A stretch of 64,000 bases of DNA from an uncultured bacterium (lineage in GTDB: Bacteria > Krumholzibacteriota > Krumholzibacteriia > JACNKJ01), in contig CAVOFT010000001.1 of the NCBI GenBank assembly GCA_963695095.1, positions 1,600,001 to 1,664,000 of the forward strand, written 5' to 3'. How positions within the stretch are numbered: the stretch's first letter is position 1; the number at the start of each line of letters is the position of its first letter. Shown in pieces: positions 20,231 to 28,509 of the stretch. The translations under genes were made by a program, and so were the position numbers. The notes under the pieces were generated by a model that saw nothing but the letters and a program-made list of their open reading frames with translations, ran no database searches and was not told where the DNA came from.

Positions 20231-20259
20231 TTGCCGGATCGGAGCGCTCTGCCTAGTTT
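20231..20259 (+). promoter_or_regulatory. Sigma70-like promoter of the porin gene
   Basis: TTGCCG-N17-TAGTTT. Confidence 0.45.
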
Positions 20260-20369
20260 CTGCGGGACCTCGGAGCGCCGCGTCCGGCGAAGGGACCGCT
20301 GCGGCATCATTTTCCAAGGCCGGACCCCGCTGGGGTCGATGACCGTGCAATCCTGAGGGAGGATCAGCG

Positions 20370-21479
20370 ATGAAGAGAGCCACGTTCCTCGCGGCGGCGC
20401 TGCTGCTGCTCGCGCTGGCCGGGGCGGCCCGGGCGGAGGGTTCCTTGGTGGGTCTGCTGCAGACCTGGTGGTCTTACACCGCCTACACGGATCCGGATAG
20501 CTCCAAGTTCGATGCCAGCCAGACCGGCTTCGGCGTGCGCCGCGCTCGCATCGGCTACGACTACAAGGGCGGCGACATGTCGGGCGGCCTGCTGGGGGAC
20601 GTCAGCGGCCTCAACGTCGTCATCCTGGATGCCTATGCCGACTGGAAGTTCACCGAGAAGGCGAGCCTGCGGGCGGGGCGCTTCATCGGCGTACAGAGCC
20701 AGGCGGCGGGGCTGACTTCTTCGGCCAAGATCGACCTCGTGGAGCGCAGCATCGTGGGCCGCCGCGTGGGCAGCGGCACCGTGGGCGGCGATTATCGAAC
20801 CTTCGGGGCCCAGCTCACGCTGGAGCCCAGCGACATGTTCAAGGCGCAGCTGCTCGCGCACAACGGCAGCGGCAGCTGGGGCGCCGACTTCACGCCCTCC
20901 ACCAACAGCCACGGCGATCCCACGGCCTTGGATGACGAGGACGAGCCAGCGCCCACGATGGCCGACACCGGCGCGCTGCCCCAGCTCGACTTCGGCATCA
21001 GCGCGACGCCGACGCCGGAACTCAGCGTGGGCTTCACCTACGGCCTGCCCAACGAGTTCCGCAGCCCGACCGGCTCGCTGACGGCCTTCGTCTACTACGC
21101 GGCCCCCGCCTACTACTTCAAGTTCGACTACGCCACCTTGATGTGGAATCCGGTCTGGGACGACGACGCTGCCGACTACAGCAGCCTCGGCTACTCGCTG
21201 ACCGCCGGCTATAGCCTGAACAAGAAGGCCGAGCTGGTGGGACGCTACGAGATCTGGGACACCAACACGGACGTCGACTACGCGAGCGAGGATGCCGTGG
21301 GGGATCCGGAGCTGGTCAAGAACCTGGGCCTGGGCGTGAACTACTACGTCAACCCGGACGCCAAGTACGATCAGGTCTTCAAGGTCGCCTTCACGCTGCG
21401 CCTGGACGACATGCCCGACGGCGTGGACATCGCCGATCCCTACCTCTTCCAGCTCATGTGGCAGATCTACGTGCACTAG
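20370..21479 (+). CDS. Outer-membrane porin (OprO/OprP-like)
   Basis: Signal peptide, GFGVRRARIG, ILDAYAD, LRAGRF, ELVGRYE, GVNYY; aromatic C-terminal strand. Confidence 0.8.
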   Translation: MKRATFLAAALLLLALAGAARAEGSLVGLLQTWWSYTAYTDPDSSKFDASQTGFGVRRARIGYDYKGGDMSGGLLGDVSGLNVVILDAYADWKFTEKASLRAGRFIGVQSQAAGLTSSAKIDLVERSIVGRRVGSGTVGGDYRTFGAQLTLEPSDMFKAQLLAHNGSGSWGADFTPSTNSHGDPTALDDEDEPAPTMADTGALPQLDFGISATPTPELSVGFTYGLPNEFRSPTGSLTAFVYYAAPAYYFKFDYATLMWNPVWDDDAADYSSLGYSLTAGYSLNKKAELVGRYEIWDTNTDVDYASEDAVGDPELVKNLGLGVNYYVNPDAKYDQVFKVAFTLRLDDMPDGVDIADPYLFQLMWQIYVH

Positions 21480-21502
21480 CCGCTGCCGCGCTGGGCCCGG
21501 GG

Positions 21503-21531
21503 CGAAGGGGGAAGGCAGCCTTCCCCCTTCG
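21503..21531. terminator. Hairpin between convergent genes (probable bidirectional terminator)
   Basis: CGAAGGGGGAAGG-CAG-CCTTCCCCCTTCG, a perfect 13-bp stem. Confidence 0.7.
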
Positions 21532-22146
21532 TCATTGGCGGCCTGCCGCCGGCGCCGCGAAGTGCAGGGGCGCGCTGGCGTCCAGCTCGCGCCCCGCCGC
21601 GTCAACCGGCACCACGCGCCAGAAGCCCCTGGCTGGCGGCAGCGAGTCCATGCTCGCGGGCCAGAGGAGCAGGGTGTCGGCTGCCAGCGCGCTGAAGCGC
21701 AGGCGCGCCTCGGCATCGTAGAGTTCGAAGCGATAGAGCCGGGCTCGAGCGTCGGCCGTCCAGCGGAAACGCCGGGCCGGGGCGTCCAGGCTCCCGGCGG
21801 GCTCGAGTCCTTTCACCTGACCGGCTTCGCCGCGCAGGCGGGGGACCGCGGGCGAGCCGGCGCGCTCACGCCAGCCGGGACCCAGCCAGAGCAGGGCGAT
21901 GGCCGCTGCCAGCGGCAGGGCCGCGATCAGGCTCCGGCGGCGCCAGTGCAGCCCACGGCGGCGCCGCCCCTCGTCCGCGATGGCCCCCTGGAGATTCACC
22001 TGGGCGTAGAGCGCCTCGCTGGCCTGGGCGTCCCCGAGCAGCTCCGCTTCGAGGGCCGCCCGGTCGGCGGCCGCCAGGCGGCCGGCCAGGTAGTCCGCCA
22101 GTCGCGTCTCGCGATCGCCGGCATCTCCGCCCACATCGAGCTTCAT
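21532..22146 (-). CDS. Single-pass anti-sigma-like membrane protein
   Basis: N-terminal LADYLAGRLAAADRAALEAEL anti-sigma-like helices without Zn ligands, TM, then an extracytoplasmic beta-rich domain after PRLRG; overlaps the sigma gene. Confidence 0.7.
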   Translation of the reverse strand: MKLDVGGDAGDRETRLADYLAGRLAAADRAALEAELLGDAQASEALYAQVNLQGAIADEGRRRRGLHWRRRSLIAALPLAAAIALLWLGPGWRERAGSPAVPRLRGEAGQVKGLEPAGSLDAPARRFRWTADARARLYRFELYDAEARLRFSALAADTLLLWPASMDSLPPARGFWRVVPVDAAGRELDASAPLHFAAPAAGRQ

Positions 22147-22685
22147 GGCAACACTCCTCGCTGGATCAGGATCTCCCGCAGGCGGGCGCGGCAGCGGTAC
22201 AGCCGGCGGTAGAGCAGCTCGGCAGCCAGGCCCTCCGAGGCTGCCAGTGTCGCCGGCGAGGCGCCGGCCAGCAGGCGGCGCAGGTAGCGGCTGCAATCGG
22301 GCGCGCTCGGCGCCAGCGCGTCCAGCGCAGCCGCCAGGGCATGGGAGCGCTCCGCGCGTTCGAGCGCTTCGAGCGGACTGGGCTCCGCGCTGCCGGCGAC
22401 CTGCGCAGCGCTCAGCGACTCGTGGCGACGGTGCCGCTGGCGCTGGTAGTGGTTGCCGATCGTGTTGCGGAGCACCTGAAAGCACCAGGCCAGGGGGGGC
22501 AGGCCCTCGGGCATTCGCGCTTCGCCGGCAGCTCCCGCCACGATGCCCCGCTCGTAGACCACGCGCAACGCCTCCTGTACCGTATCCTCGACCGCTTCGG
22601 CGGCCACGCGGCGGCTGGCGATCTCCATGAAGCGCGCCCGCAGGGCCGTCAACCAGCGCTCACGCTCGGCAGACGGCCCGCTCAT
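22143..22685 (-). CDS. Divergent ECF-type sigma factor
   Basis: AVEDTVQEAL, AWCFQVLRNTIGNHY, C-terminal LYRRLYRCRARLREIL. Confidence 0.8.
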   Translation of the reverse strand: MSGPSAERERWLTALRARFMEIASRRVAAEAVEDTVQEALRVVYERGIVAGAAGEARMPEGLPPLAWCFQVLRNTIGNHYQRQRHRRHESLSAAQVAGSAEPSPLEALERAERSHALAAALDALAPSAPDCSRYLRRLLAGASPATLAASEGLAAELLYRRLYRCRARLREILIQRGVLP

Positions 22686-25126
22686 TTGCCGAGGCCCCGC
22701 GATCTCCCCCGCCGTCGGCGCCGCGCGAGGAAAGCGCCCGGCAGGAGCAGGGCCGCCGAGGCGGCCAGGATCCAGGCCGCACGCGGCGAGCGCTGGGCGG
22801 GGGCGGCGCCGGCGAGCGCCGCCACGGGATGCGCGCCAAGGCCGGTGAGGATGAAGGCTGCCCGATCCCGCAGGGGATAGCCCTCCCTCGCCATGGCGAG
22901 GCGAGCGAGGCCCAGCGCATGGTCGCGCTCCTCGCCGCGGCGCAGGGCCGCGTAGAAATGCACCATGAAGCGGCGCGCCGCCCGATCCTCGACATCCCAG
23001 AGGCTGGAGACCACGCTGCGGGCACCGGCGAGGAGGAAGGAGCGCGGCAGGCCGAAGCTGCCCTCGCCGGGCAGGACGAGACCCAGGCTGCTGCGGCAGG
23101 CACTGAGGGTGACCAGATCGGCACTGAGGCGCAGGCTCTCCACCTCGGCGGCTCGGAGGAATTCGCTGCCGCCGTCGATGCCCGCGAGCAGCAGGGCGGC
23201 GTCGGCTCCGTTGAGCGGATTGATCAGCGCGTGGGTGGCGAAGTGAAGCACGGCACAGCCGGCGGCAGCGGCGCTCAGGTCCGCCTTGCGGGCGGCACGG
23301 CCTTCCAGTCGCCGACTGCCGGCCACGGCGATCTCGCGAATCTCCGCTCGCGCTTCGGGCAGGGGAACGCCCGCCAGGCCGCGACTCGGGTCCGCCCGCT
23401 CGCCGGCGAGCGCAGCGGGGGCCGGCGGGGGATCGGCCAGGGCCAGCATGCCCGCCCCGGCAGCGGGTCGCTCGGCGACCAGGACCAGGGCGCTGGCGCT
23501 GGGCAGGTAGCTCAGGTCGAAGCGCTCGCCGAGACTGCCTCCGGAGATGGGCAGGGCCTCGAAGGGGAAGCCCGCCAGGGCATCCGGCGGGATCAGGCAG
23601 AGCCGCGTCGCATCGGGCGGCAGCAGTGGCAGCAGGGGGGCGAGGAGTTGCTCGGCCAGGCGTGCCAGGGGCGGCGCGCAGCGCGAATCGGAGTTCCCAT
23701 CCGCCATCAGGCTGAGGGCGGCGCGCACATCGTCGTCGAGGCTGGGCTCCAGCGCCAGGTCGAGCATCTGGAGGCCGCGGCCATCGACGAGGAATACGAG
23801 AAGGTGGTCATCGATGTAGCTATCGTATTGAATAAGACATGCATTGGATCTATCAAGTTCTGCCTGAACAGCGCGTAGCGCTGCCGGCTGCCCGCTGCCC
23901 AGGCGCTCGCGAAAGAGCGGCGCCCGCCCGCGCTCCGAGGTGGCCCAGCCGGCGGCGAGATCGCCGGTCCGAAGCTGGCAGCGCGCGAGCGCGGAGTAGT
24001 AGGCCGCGCCTTCGCGCTGAAGGCCGGCCCGGCTGTCGGGGGCCTCCTGCCTGTAGCGCTGGCTCTCGAAGGCGGTCACGGTCTCGCCGAGTACGGCCTC
24101 GGCCTCGCCGAGCCGGCCGAGAGCGAAGAGGGCCTCGCCCTCCAGCGCCCGCACCGAATTGAGCAGGGGGCCGTGCTCGAGCGCGGCGATCTCGGGCTTC
24201 AGGTCGCGCGCAGCGGCCAGGCAATCCGCGGCGCGGCCGGCGTCCAGCAGGAGACCGAGGCGGGCCTCGCGGCAGCGCGCCGCATAGTAGCGTTCGCCGG
24301 CGGCGTCCAGGGTGGCGATGCCGGTCTCGAGCCGAGGCAGCGCTTCGTCGCCGCGCCCCAGGGCGTCGAGGAGAGCGGCGCGACGCACGATGGCGAGGCC
24401 CAGGGCGTCCGTCCGTCCGGCCACTCTGGCCAGGGCGAGCGCCGAGTCCGCCCAGGCCAGCGCCTCCACCTGCCGTCCGAGCTGGGCCATCAGCAGGGTG
24501 CGGCGCATCAGCGTCGACAGCTGACCGCCCACGTTGCCCGCCAGGCGATCCCAGCGCTCGGCCTGCAGTGTTGCGTCCAGGGCCTCGCCCACGCGGCCCA
24601 GTTCCTGGTAGCTGTTGGCGATGTTGCCCCAGGTCACGCCCAGGCCGAAGCTGTCACCCAGGGCCTCGCGCAAGGGTATCATCTCGATCCAGCTGGCCAC
24701 GGCCTCTTCGCTGCGGCCGGCGGCCGCCCGCCCCACGGCGATCGCATTGAGCAGGCTGACTTCCGTCCTGGGCTCTCCGTGCCGGCGCAGCATGGCCAGG
24801 CCCCGCTGCCAGGTCGTCTCGGCCTCCTTCAGATGTCCGAAGCGGAAGGCGTGAATGCCCGCCCATTCGTAGCCGCGGCCCGCCGGCCCCAGGAGGCCGG
24901 CGGCTTCCAGGCTGTCCGCCAGGGCGAGCAGGGCGCCGCAATGGGCGAGCCGCTCGCTCTCGCTGCTGGGTTTGCTCGGATAGAGGGCGGCGGCCCGCGC
25001 CATCAGCCACGTGGAGTCGGCGGCCGCCGGCGCCGCCTGAGGCCGCTCGGGAACAGCCGTGCTCAGCACTGCGCCCAGGAGCAGGGGAAGCAGGGCCAAG
25101 CGTGGCTGTGGTCCTTGGCGTCGCAT
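22682..25126 (-). CDS. TPR-CHAT (caspase-fold) protein with signal peptide and C-terminal TM anchor
   Basis: TPR repeats; CHAT motifs FPFEAL, SYLPSAS, LHFATHA, VTLSAC, AGARSVVSSLWDVED. Confidence 0.9.
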   Translation of the reverse strand: MRRQGPQPRLALLPLLLGAVLSTAVPERPQAAPAAADSTWLMARAAALYPSKPSSESERLAHCGALLALADSLEAAGLLGPAGRGYEWAGIHAFRFGHLKEAETTWQRGLAMLRRHGEPRTEVSLLNAIAVGRAAAGRSEEAVASWIEMIPLREALGDSFGLGVTWGNIANSYQELGRVGEALDATLQAERWDRLAGNVGGQLSTLMRRTLLMAQLGRQVEALAWADSALALARVAGRTDALGLAIVRRAALLDALGRGDEALPRLETGIATLDAAGERYYAARCREARLGLLLDAGRAADCLAAARDLKPEIAALEHGPLLNSVRALEGEALFALGRLGEAEAVLGETVTAFESQRYRQEAPDSRAGLQREGAAYYSALARCQLRTGDLAAGWATSERGRAPLFRERLGSGQPAALRAVQAELDRSNACLIQYDSYIDDHLLVFLVDGRGLQMLDLALEPSLDDDVRAALSLMADGNSDSRCAPPLARLAEQLLAPLLPLLPPDATRLCLIPPDALAGFPFEALPISGGSLGERFDLSYLPSASALVLVAERPAAGAGMLALADPPPAPAALAGERADPSRGLAGVPLPEARAEIREIAVAGSRRLEGRAARKADLSAAAAGCAVLHFATHALINPLNGADAALLLAGIDGGSEFLRAAEVESLRLSADLVTLSACRSSLGLVLPGEGSFGLPRSFLLAGARSVVSSLWDVEDRAARRFMVHFYAALRRGEERDHALGLARLAMAREGYPLRDRAAFILTGLGAHPVAALAGAAPAQRSPRAAWILAASAALLLPGAFLARRRRRGRSRGLGK

Positions 25127-25263
25127 GTGGGCCGATTCCAGTATATTGCCTATCGACAATGGTTTGTAGCCATCGATCCTAGTCGATCTGTCGCCATGGC
25201 GCCAGCTATTTTGGATCGCGGTCGGTCCCTCGCCGCCAGCGCTACCTTTTTCTCGCCTCGCGC

Positions 25264-25292
25264 TTGACATGTATACGGACGTATAGTAGTTT
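25264..25292 (+). promoter_or_regulatory. Sigma70 promoter of dinB containing the palindrome TATAC-N4-GTATA (candidate LexA box)
   Basis: TTGACA-N17-TAGTTT, with the dyad at 25272-25285 in the spacer. Confidence 0.65.
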
Positions 25293-25344
25293 CTCCGTCG
25301 ATGCAGGGCGCTGCGGCCTGGCCTGCGTCGGAGGTTGCTCGCCC

Positions 25345-26532
25345 GTGTTCAGGTCCTCCCCCGCCCTGGCTCACGTCGACATGGACGCTTTCTACGCCTC
25401 CGTGGAACAGCGGGATTTTCCCGAGTTGCGGGGGCGGCCCGTCGTGGTGGGCGGCAGCGATCCCACGCGGCGGGGCGTGGTCTCGGCAGCCAGCTACGAG
25501 GCGCGGCGCTTCGGCATCCACAGCGCGATGCCCCTGCGCACGGCCTTCCGGCTCTGCCCCCAGGCCTGCTTCGTGGCCGGTCGCATGGAGGTCTACGTGG
25601 CCGAGAGCAAGCGCATCATGGCCATCCTGCGCGAGCATTCCCCGCGCGTGCAGCCGCTCAGCCTGGACGAGGCCTTCCTGGACCTCAGCGGCACCGAGCT
25701 GCTCTTCGGACCGCCGGAGGGCACCCTGCGCCGGATCAAGGCGCGGATCCGGGAGGAGACGGGCCTGGTCTGCTCGGCCGGCCTGGCGCCGGTGAAGTTC
25801 GTGGCGAAGATCGCCTCGGATCTGGAGAAGCCCGACGGCTTCACCGTGGTGCCGCCGGACGGCGTGCTGGACTTCCTGCGCCCCCTGCCCGTGGGCCGGC
25901 TCTGGGGCGTGGGGCCCAGGACCCTGGCCCGGCTCCAGGAGCTGGGCATCGCCAGCATCGGCGATCTGGACCGCCTGGGCGAGGCCGAACTGGAGCGCCT
26001 CTTCGGCCGCTGGGGCACGCGGCTGGCCCGCCTGGCGCGGGGCGAGGATCCCCGCGGGGTGGAGGCCGAGCGGCCTGACGAGAAGTCCGTCGGCCACGAG
26101 CACACCTTCGCCGAGGATCAGGACGAGGCGCGGGTGCTGGAGCGCACCCTGCTGGAGCTGGCCGAGAAGGTGGCCCGTCGCCTGCGCCGGCAGGGCGTGG
26201 CCGGCCGCACGCTGACGCTCAAGCTGCGCACGGCCTCCTTCCGCACGCTGAGCCGATCCGTCACCGGCAGCGAGTACCTGGACCAGGGCCTGCTCATCTT
26301 CCAGACCGCCCGGCGCCTGATGAACGCGGTGGACCGCCGGGGAGAGAAGGTGCGGCTGCTGGGCATCTCGCTGCGCAATCTGATCCCCCGGGACGCCGTG
26401 CCCGGCAGCCTCTTCGCCGGCGAAGCGCCGGAGCGCGAGGCGAAGCTGGACGGCGCCATCGACGAACTGGGGGAGCGTTTTGGGCGCGGGGCCGTTCAGC
26501 GGGCCCGCCTGCTGGGAAGGAGTCGCTCATGA
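25345..26532 (+). CDS. dinB: DNA polymerase IV (Y family)
   Basis: HVDMDAFYASVE, AASYEARRFGIHSAMP, SLDEAFLD, AKIASDLEKPDG; GTG after GGAGG. Confidence 0.95.
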   Translation: MFRSSPALAHVDMDAFYASVEQRDFPELRGRPVVVGGSDPTRRGVVSAASYEARRFGIHSAMPLRTAFRLCPQACFVAGRMEVYVAESKRIMAILREHSPRVQPLSLDEAFLDLSGTELLFGPPEGTLRRIKARIREETGLVCSAGLAPVKFVAKIASDLEKPDGFTVVPPDGVLDFLRPLPVGRLWGVGPRTLARLQELGIASIGDLDRLGEAELERLFGRWGTRLARLARGEDPRGVEAERPDEKSVGHEHTFAEDQDEARVLERTLLELAEKVARRLRRQGVAGRTLTLKLRTASFRTLSRSVTGSEYLDQGLLIFQTARRLMNAVDRRGEKVRLLGISLRNLIPRDAVPGSLFAGEAPEREAKLDGAIDELGERFGRGAVQRARLLGRSRS

Positions 26533-26853
26533 TCATGCGCGAGGGCGGGCAAATCGACCTCTTTGTCGCGGGGGCCGCGGCGCCGCCGCGTCGCCCCCGA
26601 GCCGACCTGGACCTGGAGGCGGCCCTGGCCAATGCCCGCCGCTTCCTGGCCACAGGCAGTCACCCCGGGGACTCCCGGGCCAATCAGGCCCATCTTCCCG
26701 GTCTCCCGGGAGGCCCCGAGATCTTCGCCCTCTGCCCGGGCTGTTCGGTGCATCCGGACGGCGGCATCTTCCCGGCGGCCGAACTGGCCCGGGTGGAGGG
26801 CTGCCCCGCCGGCCCGCGCCTCGCGGCGCAGCTGGCGGCGGCCAGCGCCTTGA
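26529..26853 (+). CDS. Small hypothetical protein with QIDLF motif and Cys/His cluster (3' end uncertain; the ORF as given runs to 27170)
   Basis: ATGA overlap with the dinB stop; protein-like to ~26850, after which the sequence looks like structured non-coding RNA. Confidence 0.5.
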
Positions 26854-26990
26854 CCGGGGGGGAGGGGCGCCAGTGGGCCGAAAGGGAGGGTTCGGCTCGC
26901 AGGGTTCCGGCAGAGCGAAACTCGCTCTCCCGCTCCTTCTCCCCGGGCATCATCGGCACCCGCCCCTGGGGGCGGGTGCCTGTCGACTTC
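26854..26990 (+). ncRNA. Unassigned structured RNA candidate upstream of lexA
   Basis: 16-bp closing stem with three G-U pairs enclosing two hairpins, followed by a perfect 11-bp hairpin. Confidence 0.35.
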
Positions 26991-27118
26991 TCCTTGACGG
27001 CCTTGGGGGGCCTGTGTTCGGGTGCCCTCGAGGCCTTGGCCGCCCCCGGCCGGCACATCCTCGCAGCGGGGAGCCGTCAACTCCGGCGCCGCTGGTACTT
27101 TCACAGGAGGCGGGCGAT

Positions 27119-27751
27119 ATGTCGCCAACGGCTCTCACGGATCGCCAGCGATCCGTCCTGGATTTCCTGAGGGATTTTCTCAAGGATAACGGCTATCCAC
27201 CTACAATCAGGGAGATTGCCGCACACTTCGATCTGCGATCGCCGCGGGGGGTCCAGGATCACCTCAAGGCGCTGGAGCGCAAGGGCTACATCCGCCGGGC
27301 TCCGGAGCGCTCCCGCGGCATCGAGCTGCTCGAATTGGGGGGGCGACGCTCTCCGGCAGCGAGCAATGTCCTGCGCCTGCCCCTGATCGGTCAGGTGGCG
27401 GCCGGCGTGCCCGTGCTCTCCGAGGAGAACATCGAGGAGTGGATCGAGGTCGATGCCTCCTTCGCTGCCCGGGAAGGCAACTTCCTGCTCAAGGTGGTGG
27501 GGGACTCGATGGTCGAGGCGCACATCCTCGACGGCGACACCATCGTGGTCAGCCCCCAGGAGACGGCGCGCGATGGGGAGATCGTCGTTGCGCTGGTGGA
27601 TGACGAGGCCACGGTGAAGACCTTCTACAAGGAGCCCGGGGGAATCCGGCTGCAGCCGGAGAACGCGAATCTGAAACCGATCTGGGTGCCGGCCGGCAGC
27701 GCCGAGGTGCGCATCATCGGCAAGGTCGTGGCCGTGATGCGCGTGCTCTGA
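27119..27751 (+). CDS. lexA: SOS repressor LexA
   Basis: LTDRQ...GYPPTIREIA, HLKALERKGYI, VAAG cleavage site, GDSM Ser and TVK Lys; RBS AGGAGG. Confidence 0.96.
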   Translation: MSPTALTDRQRSVLDFLRDFLKDNGYPPTIREIAAHFDLRSPRGVQDHLKALERKGYIRRAPERSRGIELLELGGRRSPAASNVLRLPLIGQVAAGVPVLSEENIEEWIEVDASFAAREGNFLLKVVGDSMVEAHILDGDTIVVSPQETARDGEIVVALVDDEATVKTFYKEPGGIRLQPENANLKPIWVPAGSAEVRIIGKVVAVMRVL

Positions 27752-27806
27752 ACGGGACCGCTAGCAGCGCCCGCCCCGCCCCCGGGGGCGAGGCCTCGCC
27801 TGGGTG

Positions 27807-28394
27807 CTAGCCGGTGAGGGCCTTTTCCACGGCGGCGACCAGTTCCTCGTCCAGGGGCCCGGTCCGCGAGCCGAAGCGGGCGATCAAGCGGCCTTCACGG
27901 TCCACGAGGAACTTGTTGAAGTTCCAGCTCACCTCGCCCGCCAGGGCCGGATCGCCGCCGCCGGCGGTGAGGTAATGATACAGGGGATGCTGCGCGTCGC
28001 CCTTCACATGGATCTTGGCGAAGAGCGGAAAGCCCACGCCGTAGTTCACGTTGCAGAACTCGAGGATGTCGGCGTTGCTGCCGGGCTCCTGCCCCATGAA
28101 GTCGTTGGCGGGAAAGCCGAGCACTTCGAGCCCCTGGGCGCTGAAGCGCTCGTAGAGGGCCTGCAGGCCCGCGTACTGGGGTGTGAAGCCGCACTTGCTG
28201 GCCACGTTGACGAGCAGAAGCACCTGGCCGCGATAGGCCTCGAGGCTGGTGGGCTGGCCCTCGATCGTTTGCAGCGGGATGGCGAAGATCGAAGTGGGCA
28301 TGTCGGGCTCCGGCTCGGGGCTGCGCTTGCCGGCGCCGCCGATGAGCGGGAAGAGGGCAAGCAAGGCGATGAGAGCGCGGCGGCGTGGGATCAA
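27807..28394 (-). CDS. Glutathione peroxidase family protein (Cys type, N-terminal signal; start uncertain)
   Basis: LLVNVASKCGFTPQY, LGFPANDF..QEPG, WNFNKFLVDREG. Confidence 0.9.
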   Translation of the reverse strand: MIPRRRALIALLALFPLIGGAGKRSPEPEPDMPTSIFAIPLQTIEGQPTSLEAYRGQVLLLVNVASKCGFTPQYAGLQALYERFSAQGLEVLGFPANDFMGQEPGSNADILEFCNVNYGVGFPLFAKIHVKGDAQHPLYHYLTAGGGDPALAGEVSWNFNKFLVDREGRLIARFGSRTGPLDEELVAAVEKALTG

Positions 28395-28509
28395 GCTCGA
28401 GCTCCCGTCTGAGGGGAAGCGCCGCCGGAGTGCAGCGCGGCTGTCTAGCATAGGGTAGAATATTTCCTATCTTGAGCCCAAGGTCAAGGCGAGGAGGTCA
28501 AGCTCCAGC

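Noticed and set aside
23790..23880. AT-rich patch as a diversity-generating retroelement variable region
   Set aside because: No template repeat or reverse transcriptase seen in the window.
22682..25126. CHAT locus as part of a type III-E CRISPR system
   Set aside because: No cas genes or array in the window, and the protein appears exported.
27807..28394. Glutathione peroxidase as a second selenoprotein
   Set aside because: The active-site codon is TGC (Cys); no in-frame TGA.
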